In this document: piece after piece, positions 38,182 to 50,155 of the stretch
How positions within the stretch are numbered: position 1 is the first letter of the stretch
Layout of the letters: each line of letters begins with the position of its first letter
Origin: Podarcis pityusensis
Taxonomy: Eukaryota
Assembly: GCA_964106645.2 (NCBI GenBank)
Contig: OZ067054.1
DNA length: 64,000 bases
Reading direction: 5' to 3' (one strand)
Program-made: the position numbers and the translations under genes
Notes under the pieces: generated by a model
What the model was told of the DNA's origin: nothing
Databases searched by the model: none
Seen by the model: only the letters and a program-made list of their open reading frames with translations

Positions 38182-38806
38182 GGGACACGGGTGGCGCTGT
38201 GGGTAAAACCTCAGTGCCTAGGGCTTGCCAATCGCATGGTTGGCGGTTCGAATCCCCGCGGCATGGTGAGCTCCCATCTTTCGGTCCCAGCTCCTGCCCA
38301 CCTAGCAGTTCGAAAGCACCCCTAAGTGCAAGTAGATACAGTGGTGCCTCGCAAGACGAAATTAATCCGTTCCGCGAGTCTCTTTGTCTTGCAGTTTTTT
38401 CGTCTTGCGAAGCACGGCTATTAGCGGCTTAGCGGCTTTAAGAAAAAGGAAACAAACTCGCAAGAACTTGCAAGACGTTTCGTCTTGCGAAGCAAGCCCA
38501 TAGGGAAATTCGTCTTGCGGAACGACTCAAAAAACGGAAAACTCTTTCGTCTAGCGAGTTTTTCGTCTTGCGAGGCATTCGTCTTGCGGGGCACCACTGT
38601 AAATAGGTACCGCTTTATAGCAGGAAGGTAAACGGCGTTTCCGTGTGCTGTGCTGGTGCTGGCTCACCAGAGCAGCTTCGTCATGCTGGCCACATGACCC
38701 GGAAGTGTCTCCGGACAGCGCTGGCCCCTGGCCTCTTAGGTGAGATGGGCGCACAACCCTAGAGTCGGACACGACTGGCCCGTACGGGCAGGGGTACCTT
38801 TACCTT
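38182..38806 (+). mobile_element. Sauria SINE interrupted by a MITE at 38339-38599
   Basis: SINE head gggacacggg; the body resumes at 38602 (aataggtacc); tail tacctttaccttt. TSD tacattaggtg at 38165-38175 and 38807-38817. Confidence 0.92.
38339..38599. mobile_element. Non-autonomous Tc1/mariner-pogo (Tigger-like) MITE, 261 bp
   Basis: TIRs cagtggtgcctcgcaagacgaa / ttcgtcttgcggggcaccactg. TA duplicated at 38337-38 and 38600-01. About 10 internal copies of a CGTCTTGCG-like motif. Confidence 0.92.
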
Positions 38807-40077
38807 TACATTAGGTGAAGATGTTCTCACCCCCTCCCTGGTGTGTACAGCAATGTTCAAATGTGAATTAAACAGCAGCTGGGGTAGGGGGAGCAACCTC
38901 ACTGCATTTTAAGCCACTAATGTACGCATACTTAGTGAGCTCATGGTAGAAAGAGAGTCAAACCAGGCACTTGCTGAGTTATAGTGCAGTCTTTTAGCTG
39001 CTGTAGATTCCAGCTCACCTGGCTGATTAAAAACCACTGATTTGAAGGGCTTTTCTTGTCAAGTGCTCTCTCTAGAATTTGGCATTTGAATGTGCCCGTG
39101 CAATACCTCTGGCACCTAATGACCAAGGTGGACAAACTCTTTTGCTTCCATCCTTGGGGTTCTTTGAGGCTTGAGAGGCATTAGCTGGTAAATGAAACTT
39201 TCAGGGAAAGTCGTTCTTAAGTGGTAGTGAGGCCTTGAGGAAAAGTGTGTGTGTGTCTAAAAGGACAAGCCAGTAAATAGCACAGCGACTTGTGGGGACA
39301 GAACAATGGAAGCCCTGAAGCTCTGCAAAGGGAGCAGAAGCTAAAGATCTGCATGCTCCAGAGGAAGCCCATCACATTCTCTCTGTGTATGCCCCCTTTT
39401 GATATAATAAGGAGGTGGCTTCCATGTTTGCATGGATGTGATGGGGTGGTCCCACTTATTAAACAGCGTCAAAGTAAACCCAACAGACAGTTTAGCGCTC
39501 ACCCAGACTTTACAGCTCAGTCGGAGCAAACGTCTCAGCACCAGCTTTCTGAGCACAGGCCAAGCAGAACTGTGGACAAGCCCTAAGCCCTCAACTCTTA
39601 TATCCTGAACCTAAATAATCCCTGCCCTGAAACAAGCAAACTCTTAAGACCTAGTTGCACATTATAACAGTGGGTCTTTAAATGTGATCAAGTCACATGG
39701 GAAGTGAGGCTTGATGGGCTGCAATTAAATGTGAAAAAATGATTTGCAAATGAGGGTGCTGAACCTTTCCCGCTCCTGCTTATCACCCCCTAATTTGTCC
39801 CTCAAGGTGATTTTCTCCATGCCTAAGTCAGTTTTGATAGAGGAGCCCAGCTGGAGGGAATCACATCAGGTGACAAACTGCAGGGAGGTAACAAGGAACA
39901 GTGAAGAATTTGCAATCTGTTTGCTTTTCAATTTGGATTCTCCCTTTCTCACTTCTGTATGAATGGGGCAGAGCCACATTTAGTCTGCCACTATTGCATG
40001 TGGCTTTGACCTTCGTGCATCATATTCCATCACTTAAGTGCTTCTATATCTGTTGATCTATTAACAGTTTAAACCTG

Positions 40078-40161
40078 GGTTTCCCAAACTTCGGTCTCTA
40101 GCTGTTCTTGGACTACAATTCCTATCATCCCTGACCACTGGTCCTGCTACTTAGGGATGAT
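40078..40161. mobile_element. Truncated copy of the 3548 palindromic MITE
   Basis: Near-identical to 3552-3633 (tttcccaaactt...ggactacaattcctatcatccctgaccact). Confidence 0.7.
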
Positions 40162-40240
40162 ACCTATGTGGGGGATAAGAACAGAGCCATCCAGGATCAT
40201 ATGTGTGTGTGTATTTAAAAAAATTAATAGCCGCCATAGG

Positions 40241-40599
40241 TAAAAGGTAAAGGGATCCCTGACCATTAGGTCCAGTTGTGGCCGACTCTGGGGTTGCGGT
40301 GCTCATCTCGCTTTACTGGCCGAGGGAGCCTGCGTTTGTCTGCAGACAGCTTCCGGATCATGTGGCCAGCATGACTAAGCCACTTCTGGCAAACCAGAGC
40401 AGCACACGGAAACGCCGTTTACCTTCCCGCCACAGTGGTACCTATTTACCTACTTGCACTTGACGTGCTTTTGAACTGTTAGGTTGGCAGGAGGGACCGA
40501 ACAATGGGAGCTCACCCCGTTGCGGGGATTCGAACCACCGACCTTCTGATCGGCAAGCCCTAGGCTCTGTGATTTAGATCACAGTGCCACCCTCATCCC
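40241..40599 (-). mobile_element. Sauria SINE, reverse orientation
   Basis: Reverse complement of the SINE body (ggattcgaacc B box, aggtaaaaggtaa tail). 17-bp TSD with 2 mismatches at 40224-40240 and 40600-40616. Confidence 0.92.
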
Positions 40600-40769
40600 T
40601 TAATTGCAGCCATAGGGGGACCAAATTGGATTGGGACTGCAGCACTGGTATCGTATTTGCATGTTTTTCCCCAAGGGGCAAATAGCAGCTTCAGGAAAGG
40701 AGAGGGAGAATTTAGGAGAATAGAAGTGGTGTTGAGGTGTGTGTGGAATTAAACACATGGCAGGAAATG

Positions 40770-41140
40770 CCATGTATGTTTCCAAGCACAATTCAAAGTG
40801 TTGGTGCTGACCTTTAAAGCCCTAAATGGCCTTGGCCCAGTATACTTGAAGGAGCGTCTCCATCTCCATCGCTCAGCCCAGACACTGAGGTCCTCCTCTG
40901 AGGGTCTGCTGGCAGTTCCCTCACTGCAAGAAGTGAGGTTACAGGGAACCAGGCAGAGGGCCTTCTCAGTAGTGGAGCCTGCCCTGACATCCTTCACATG
41001 TCAAGGAGATAAAGAATTACACAACTTTTAGAAGACATCTAAAAGTTGGTGTTTTATGTTTTAACATATGTTATAAGCCATCCAGAGTGGCTGGGGAAAC
41101 CCAGACAGATAGGCAGGGTTACTACTACTACTACTACTAC
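40770..41140 (+). mobile_element. L2-clade LINE 3' end
   Basis: ORF 40798..41031 LVLTFKALNGLGPVYLKERL...LRSS...RAFSVV is the typical L2 ORF2 C-terminus; it ends in a (TAC)n tail. Confidence 0.85.
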
Positions 41141-41913
41141 TGCTGCTGCTGCTAGGCTGTCCCTGCCTAGGCACAACTACCAACTGTGTTACCAAATTAA
41201 CCTTCATCCTTCAGATTTTGTAGTGTGTCCGTAGACAAGGAGGAAGGAACGATCTCATAAGTTGTGTCAGGCCAGAGATGCCTGCAGAACAAGAAAAAAT
41301 GCTTGGCAGAATAGACCACAGTATTAGGCAGGTGAGGTGGCCTGCCTCAGAAAGCAGGTTTGGCAGTGCTATTAAAAGGCAAGCAAAATGCCAGTTATTT
41401 AGTTTGTTATATTTTTAGAACCATGACAGGGGTGCAGGGGTGCCATTTGAAATTTTCTGCTTCAGTCACAAAAATACATTCAGCATTTCTGAAACCTAGT
41501 AACGAACAAATCCAGATGGCTCCTTTGAGTGAGCAGTGCCATACTCTTCAGCAGTGGGTGAAAATAATCCCGGGTAATCTGGTGGAGGAAGGAGCACAGG
41601 CTTCATTCTTGGTAATCTTGTAGGGTTGGAGCATGGAAACAAGAACCCTCTACTTCGTCTTCCTGTCCTATAGCATCATATCAAAAGGCCTCTCTGATTA
41701 GGGCAATCAGTTGTTTAAAAACAGCCAGGTCTCCTGGCCATTTCCAGTGAAACATTATTTGTTGCTTAGCTTTTTGGAGCAGCCTTTCTATTGGCCACAA
41801 AAAGGAGTGAAGTGGTGCAAGATGCCCACACAGCGGGCCTCACCTATTGCCCGTCATCTTCTGTTCTCTGTTCCAACCATCTCCTGATGTCAGTTTTTGC
41901 TTCTGTGTTTCAG

Positions 41914-41976
41914 AATCCGGACAATCAGACAATTCAAACCAGCAAGGAGATGCGGACATCAAACCACTGCCCAATG
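41914..41976 (+). CDS. NFIX: NFIX coding exon 3 (63 nt; ESGQSDNSNQQGDADIKPLPNG)
   Basis: Acceptor ttctgtgtttcag|AATCC and donor AATG|gtgagt, phase 1-1. Peptide and length match vertebrate NFIX exon 3 as recalled. Confidence 0.96.
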
Positions 41977-42303
41977 GTGAGTGAACTCCTGCCCAGGAAT
42001 CAGATTCCCTGGTCACTTCTCCTGACTATTTGTCTCCTCACACAGAAGCCTTTTATTTCTCCCCTCCCCTCAGATCCCCATTTCTGAGGCCAGGTTAGGG
42101 TGGGTGGCAGGTGCTGCTGCGAATCAGAGGTCTTCACCATCTGGTTTGGAATCATTCCCTTCATATTTGAGAAATAAATGTAGCAGATTGTGAGACCTAA
42201 AAGGGGTGCTGAGATTTGATTAACGGATATGGCCAGATCTGAGAGCGGGAGCCTTGGACTCAGATGAGAAGCACTGGAGAAATTGAATTCAGAGTTGACC
42301 TAG

Positions 42304-42591
<288 letters not shown>

Positions 42592-44626
42592 TGACCTCTG
42601 CAGCAATAGCCTCATCCTTCCCTCACTTTCTTAGCTTTCAGACTTGTTGCACAGTGTACTGTGACATCTCTGACTATGACTGGGCTGCCTTTCCAAATGG
42701 CTCTGTGGCCTTGTTGCTAAGCTAAGCCTATGGAAGCTGGATTTGATGAAGTGAAAGCTTGTGGAGTCAGATTTGAGAAATTGCTAAGATGGACACCCTC
42801 CATATTCATGCTCTTTTTAAGGAGTTATGAATGCAAGACTCTTTCTCTTAATCACAGTCTTGCCCTCAGCAGCATCACAGCCTCATCCCTTTTCCTACTT
42901 AGTGCATTTACATTAGATGCATATTAAAGGAGCAGGGAAGGGGAAGCATCCCAATTACATGTTGAACGTGGTGTAAAAATAGGGGCTTTTCCCCTTCTCA
43001 GGTTTCAACACCTGGAAAGGTTGACATTGTCGCAAAAAGATTTTGTCTCACTTGCTCCGGGCATCTTGTTCTGTGGGTCCAACATGGATTCCAAGAGTAC
43101 TTCCCAGCTGAAAGGTTTATTAGTCTCAGGGAACAGAGTGCCAATCGTCACAAGGATAGCAGCTAGTCCAAATAGACAGAGCCAGCCCTACCCTTTAGCA
43201 GAGTAATGATTTTATTTTTTTACCATCATTAAGGGTGCCATTTCAACTTTCTATGTCAGGCACTAGAATGTGTCTGCAAATAGGCTAGCAGGATCAGTAC
43301 AGGAGGCACAAAATGACAAGAACCAGCGACGGCAGTGCCCAGTCCTAGCAAGGGATTCTTTGAGGTTCTTCTCATTCCTATTATTGCTACCATTTCTAGG
43401 GAGGCTGATGTGTAGGACCATCACAGGACCTCCTTCGCATCTTTAAGTCCAGTTGAGGTAGTTGCTCCCAAATATTGCCAGAATTAATATGAGCATTTTG
43501 TGACTCTCCTGGTTATTATTATTTTAGGCTATTTTCATTGGTTGCATTAGAAGTTTTTGGTTTGTTCATCATTTTATGGATGAAATTGGAAAGTTTTAGA
43601 AAGCAGGCTTTCAAGTTCTCCCCTTAGCTAGAAGGGAAACGGACACTCCATTTCCAAGTTACCTAACCAAGTGTTGACTTATTTAGCACCATATAGTGCC
43701 AACCCAGTACTGCTCTCTTTGGGCAACAAATTTAGTAACCTGAACCTGCTTACACTTTTATCTTTTCCCTTTCCTTGTGTGCCATTATATTTCAATGTGC
43801 TGCCTTTCTCTTTGGCAGTTTCCTGCACTCAGTAGCTTCAGCTACTGGTCATGCTACTACAGTCAGGGCTGTAAGGTGCATATCTATCAGCAGTGATATT
43901 TTTCTAGAAAAGGAGGCACCAGAACTCACTATGAACGCCTCCCTTGTTCTCTTAGAACGACCAGAACTGAGTTCCAGCAAGTTCTGGCTGAAAAAAACAA
44001 AAAACCCTGTCTAGCAAGCCATTTGCTGATTTGACTGCTGAATCTCCTGTTTCCCAAAGCATGGGGAAAGCAACCAATGAAATCCATGCTGTCCGGCTTC
44101 CTTGCACTATGGCCCCTTGCTGAAAGCTGTCATGCTATGACAGTGTCAGGACTTTTACTGGGTGCACATTGCAATAGTTGGTTTGCCTTTCAAGGGTGGA
44201 ATCAGTTCCAGAGTGCAGATGTTGGCATCTTGAAGTTAGCAAACTGCCTGAGCAACACCTCAGCAGAGCACCCTGGCCTGGTTTCCATGTAACAGTTCTG
44301 TTAGAGAAAATAGACTGTTTTTGTAATTCCTGATGCTGGAGTCAGCAAATGTCTCTGGTTGTCAAAAACTAATGACTAAGATAACAGCACTGAGAGATGG
44401 AGCTTCTTCAAGCCTGGTGACATCTGCCTTCATTCTGCAGAGCACATGGTGGGAATGTGCTAGTAGCCAAGATTGTCCCTAACTGGCCTTGCCAATATTA
44501 TACCAAACCAGCTTTAATACCTTCATTCAAGAAGATGGCAGCTACTGATTTAGGAAGTCAGTTTGACATTTTGTTTCTCTCTTGATGCCGATCCTCCAGT
44601 CTCTGAGTTTTTCTCTCATTCTTCAG

Positions 44627-44747
44627 CTCCTGTTGCCACAGCGTCTGGTCCAAATTTCTCACTGGCTGACCTCGAGAGTCCCAGTTACTACAACATCAAT
44701 CAAGTGGCTCTTGGTAGACGGTCAATAACATCTCCACCTTCTAGCAG
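44627..44747 (+). CDS. NFIX: NFIX coding exon 5 (121 nt; [40 protein letters not shown])
   Basis: Acceptor attcttcag|CT and donor GCAG|gtatgt. Peptide lies in ORF 44563..44817. Confidence 0.97.
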
Positions 44748-44974
44748 GTATGTCTCCCCACAACTGTTGCATAATGCAGAAGTCCTGCTGGAGGGCCTCA
44801 GCCTTGGAAGCAAATGATGCCACTTTTACCAGTGTCCTCTCTCAGTCAGTCCCATTGTGAAGGATGCCTGGGCAGGCAGTAGGAGGACTATCTACTGTTG
44901 TAAACCAATACTTTCCAAAACCACAGGCCACTGTGGAATAAAAGAAAACAGCTGCTTGCCCTTCCTAGTCTTGA

Positions 44975-45280
<306 letters not shown>

Positions 45281-48200
45281 TGATGGGAAACTAAAGCAGA
45301 AGAGACTGGGGTGCCCTCTGGCCCTCATGTACTTAACACTCTTCATGTACCGTACGGGCTGCATAAATTCCTTTCACAGAAGCAAGGACCTCCTGTTGTA
45401 AATTTCGTTCCTCCAACACAGTGGTCACCTTTCTAGATAATGCCTTAGGTTTGTGAGGCAGGATTTAAAAGGAACATAGGCAGATTCTAGTCTCTTCTGA
45501 CACATATTCCTTGAGGTATTGTAGGCTGCTGTAATTTCTGGTCCTGATACTCAGAGTTTTCCTTTGCATCCCCTGAGACATTTTGCAGAAAGTGCAGGCC
45601 AAGTGGTAGCTGTGTTAAGGATCTGAAGGAACTGTGTTTGGACAGCTACCTACAGATTCCACAGGCTGGAAAGAACATTTCAGAGGAGCAGAGATATAGT
45701 TGCTTACGACAGGCTTGGGGTGTAACTCTTTAATAGACAAATCCTCAATGCAGGATTAGAGGGAGCCCCGACCTAAAATAAGAGAAATGGGGTGGGGATG
45801 AGACACAAGAATAGAATGACATAAAGAGAACCCAGGATCAGCAAAGCTGTGGCCTGAGACCAAGTGGTACGGATCCAAGCACAGTAGTTGGACGCTAAGA
45901 CAATGTAAGTCCTGAAACAAGCCTAGGATTCTGGAACATGGAAAGAAGGGACCAGTGGGACGCTATTCAGTAAAGCATTCTAGCTTGTAGGCACAATAGA
46001 GAAAAGAGGTAAATTGCACACATTGAACACAGAGATCTTCACATTTACATGATGTTTTCATAGAGCATAATACAATGTAGTATAGATCTGCAATACAGAG
46101 GATATGATTTCTAAATGTTCCCTGTGTCATGCGTTGTTGGGAGTAAATGTTTAAGCACTGATGCCAGAGAAGATGCTAGCTTGTAGACGCCAAGCGGAGG
46201 TTGTGAGTGACAGCATGTATTTGTTGGTTGTGTGCATGAGGGGGTCTCTGTGAATAAAGAGGAAGGGGATTAATAAGGAGGGAGGCAGCTTGGGTGCAGG
46301 TTTGTGAGAATGGAGAGGATGCTACATGGAGTCTGTTGGGAAGAGGCTTTGCTGAGATGCAGCAGCCTCTAAGGTGAGGCACAGCAACTGTTTGTACTGG
46401 GATTGCTTACTCAGTGCTGGGAATCAGCTGCCCTTAGGCTGGAGCATAACAGCAATCTGTTTATCCAGGGATTCCTTGTTGCAGGCAGGCTTGGGATTCA
46501 GATACTTCTGGGATAGGATGCTGTTGCTTTTGAATTGTTATGTGGAAGCAGAGTTCTCTATTTGGAGACCAAAAGACAAGAAGCAGAATATAATTAAAAA
46601 CCAAAATGCTTAAACGGATGTGATAGAATGGATGGAAAAAAGGGATGGGGGGATGAGATCAACATCCATAGCCCAGCAGGGGAGCATAGTTCAGCTCATT
46701 TGAGACTCCTTTGTCAATTCCTAGTCTTTCTAACTAAAGGACTTCAGATGCCAGAGCTTGACACGGTCTGCACCTGAGACTTGAGAGAGCTGAATTCAGT
46801 TCATGCTAATCAGGAGGTGGTTGCAACGCTTTGTCTGTATCCTGTTTTCTTGACTGACACACAAACCCTTTGCTATCATTTTGAAATAGCAGTTTTCTGA
46901 CATGACTTGTGTCATTCTCTGGTCAGGGCATTTGTGTGCTTGCTTGGTGATATTTTTCTCTGCATTCCCAATGAGATCATTTGCCCATTTTGAAACATGG
47001 AAATAAAAAATGATTGACAAATTCAGACTTCTTTGCAAAGTTGAAATTCGCTTTGGAAGTATCGCCAACGTTCATGACTGTCTGTGGTGAGAGTGACTAG
47101 TGTGAGCAGGTTCAGTTAGCTAACTATACCCGCTTCAGTTAGCTAACAAAATTCCTTCCCATGCCAATCATCTCTTCAAATTCCTGTCCAGCAGTTGCAG
47201 GGATGATTGTGAATCTGTGACATCCTGGGGGAAAAGAAGGAAATTGGTTTCAGAATAAAACACCTCTTACACTGGCCTTTTCCATTGGTCTTTCTTTCAT
47301 CCCTTTTATATGCTAGCAATAAAAAATTATCTGATCCCATTAGGCATCTGCTTATTGGCATTCTTAGCTATTGACAAAGAGACATATATTCTTATGGTAC
47401 CTGCTACCCACACCTTGCTAACAAGTCAGATGTCTCAGGAGAAAGGGGGCCTCCCAGCTGTGTATTTTTGAGGAAATGCTCTTGCCTGAAAATTTTATAG
47501 GGTATACATTAGATAGCTATGAAGTAGTTTGTGGACATTGCACAATTGCTGCAGGAACTAAGCAACTGTGCATCTTTGGAGAGCTAACTGAAATTACCAT
47601 AGAGGCTTCCAAGAACAAGAAAGAACACTACCTGGTAAAATCTATCTACCCCGCCCCAACCAGCACACTCACACTTGTAGAATTCCTAGCGTTTGACATT
47701 GCGAAAAGCATAACTCGGATCCAAAATTGGCCAGCAAATGGTCTATGGAGGGCCCAGGAGAGGTCGGAGCTGCAGGTCCACTCCTGCCTAGTAACAGAAA
47801 GTGAATGACAGGAGATGCACGTCTTCTTTTGAGAGGGAGCCTTGAAGAAGATGGCCTTTGCTTGGAAACACAAAAACAACAACTGCAAAGACTTAGTGAA
47901 ATGGGTTGCTAATTCTCAGTGTTTGGCTGCTAGATTTGGAGTCAAGAAGCAATTTACCCTCTGGTCTGGGTAGGAAGTGTATGGAGCGCTTTTTCCATTT
48001 GCCTTCCCAGGCAGCATGTGGCACATGTCTTCTTGAGCCAGTTGCTCTCCAAGCACCTTCTGCACTACACCTGCTCTCCGTTTGCAGCGCATTCGATAGG
48101 ATAGGGTTGTGCAGCGGAACTGTGGGGAGTGAATGTACTTTGCACCTGGGGGCTGCTCTAGATTAGGCTTTTAGTTATGCATTTGTAATCCTGTCACATC

Positions 48201-48384
48201 ATCCTGTGCTGCGCTTAGATGATATGATCCCAAAGGTGTCTCCTCCCCCTTAGAAGCCTCAAGGCTGTGGAACAGGTTGTATTCATATGCATTCCCCCTC
48301 TTTCTCTCTCTCCTCTCCCCCCTCCTCCTTTGTCTTGTTGAGTTTTGTTCCCAGCCATCTCAACAAATCGCCAATTAAGCAGCG

Positions 48385-48520
48385 CAGCTGCAGGGCTTGT
48401 GTGAACAGCTGGAGAGACCATCCAGCCGTCTGACAGGGACAGGTGTTCACAGCTGGCTGGCAGCCCCCCTCCCCATCCCTGTGCTCAGGTATCAGGTGTT
48501 AGGCAGCTGGCATGAGATAA
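48385..48520. promoter_or_regulatory. Candidate intronic enhancer (E-box cluster)
   Basis: Four CAGCTG and two CAGGTG in 125 bp, plus TGACAG, TCAGGTATCA and AGATAA. Confidence 0.5.
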
Positions 48521-49939
48521 CAGGCTGGGGGCTTTTCTCTCCCAGGCCCCCTTGCCTGCTGCTGAAGTGCCAGATTGTGCTGGATTACAGAAGCAGCAGC
48601 AAACATGAAAACCATGGCCCATCTCCCTTAGCGGCAGTATAGCAGCTCCCACCATTCAAAGGGTGTGTCGCCAGTTTGCTTGTTGTACACACATTGGGAT
48701 GTTTTTTGTAATTGACAGCCCTGTTTACTGGATGGCTGTAGGCTTCTGGACAGCAAATTCAGGGTCAGCCCACCTCACTATAAGAATAGGCACACACTCC
48801 AAGGAAATTAATTAGTGGGTAATTAGTAGGAGATTTGAGGTAAAGTTCTAAGTGCTGAACCTCAACTCTGACACTGCATAGTACTCCGCACCCACATTTA
48901 TTTCTCGGTGTTCTAGTCAAAGATGGCTGCAGACACAACCGCTTGTGGTTGTTATAAAGGAGCCACTGGATCAATTGTGGTCCTAGGGCAGAAGCATCAA
49001 AGACCAAGCAACAGCCTTTTTTTGGTCTGGGCAATATCCTTTTCCAGTGGGACCTGCAACAAAATGATGCAGCATAGAGTGCTCCAGTTCAGAGTTCTAG
49101 CCAGATAGCCATGCTCTTTTCCAGGATACTGCATTTCCACATACACACTTCTGGTATGTGCCTCCCACCTCAAACAGTCCTGTAGTCCTTTGTTCAGTCC
49201 TCATTGGACTATTCCCCCCTCCTCTGTTTTCAATGGGTTGTTTGTTTGTTTGTATGTTGTTTCTACTGCCACAGTCTTTGAGATTTCCAGGAGCGTGCTA
49301 GTATGTAGAGCTCCAGTGGCTGATGCTGTTTTGACCACATAAGGATACACATTCAGAAAACTGGTTCATTATTAGCAAACAACAATCGTTCTCAACCCCA
49401 ATCCCACAGACAACTGGATAATTGCTGGGGGTCTCCGTTAGCAGTTAACATATGTTTTGTTTAAGAAAGAATGCACATGCAGAACTTGCATTTTACTAAA
49501 CTTCTCTGCCCCCATTGACATTGTTATCAAAAACTGCCAGCAGCATATTATGGAATAAACCGGCCCAGGCCAGGCATCTAAGAAATCTCCTTTAACTAGT
49601 AATTTTTTACTGGGGGAACAGTATGCTGCACAGGTGTTCTACTGTGAAAATTATGAGCCCTAGGTCAAATCAGCCTCAGTCTCTGTTGTCCGAAAAAGAT
49701 AAAACAAGTCATGGGCCACATACAGATACTGACCATTTCACCACCTTTCCACAGGGCACCGGTGGTCTGCATACCATCATTTGAGAAACTCTGGTATGTA
49801 GGATGTAATTCTGCTAAAGCAGTTCCAAAAAGAGAGAAAGCATAAAGCGGCTCTGTTCTTTGACTATTATTTGTCTGACTGAAAAAAATCACATAATTCC
49901 CACGGCTTGGGGTGGGTGGGGTGGGAATCAGAGACAATA

Positions 49940-50155
49940 ATAGTTACTAAGAAAAATGAACAAGGAGTATTATGGCACCTTAAAGACCAACCAACATATT
50001 ATGGCAAGCTTTCATGGACTGCAGTTCACTTCATCATATGCAACTGTTGAAGTGGACTGTGGTCCGTGAAATCTGATAGCACAATAAATTTGTTAGCTTA
50101 AGACACCTAGTCCTCTAGGAAAGATAAGCACAAGCTAACATGCCAACCTGTTGGA
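49940..50155. mobile_element. Inverted pair of Penelope-like terminal repeats with decayed hammerhead cores
   Basis: Arms tggcaccttaaagac...aagctttcatggactgcagttcacttcatca and tgttgaagtggactgtggtccgtgaaa...aataaatttgttagcttaagacacc are reverse complements around about 50040. Confidence 0.7.

Larger units (their letters stand above)
1..41913 (+). other. NFIX: Distal part of NFIX intron 2 (more than 41.9 kb)
   Basis: No NFI DNA-binding-domain ORF (DEFHPFIEALL...) occurs upstream of exon 3 in the window. NFI genes have a very large intron after exon 2. Confidence 0.88.

Noticed and set aside
38339-38599. CRISPR-like array of CGTCTTGCG repeats
   Set aside because: Eukaryotic DNA; the repeats are short, irregularly spaced, in both orientations and enclosed by TIRs with a TA duplication.
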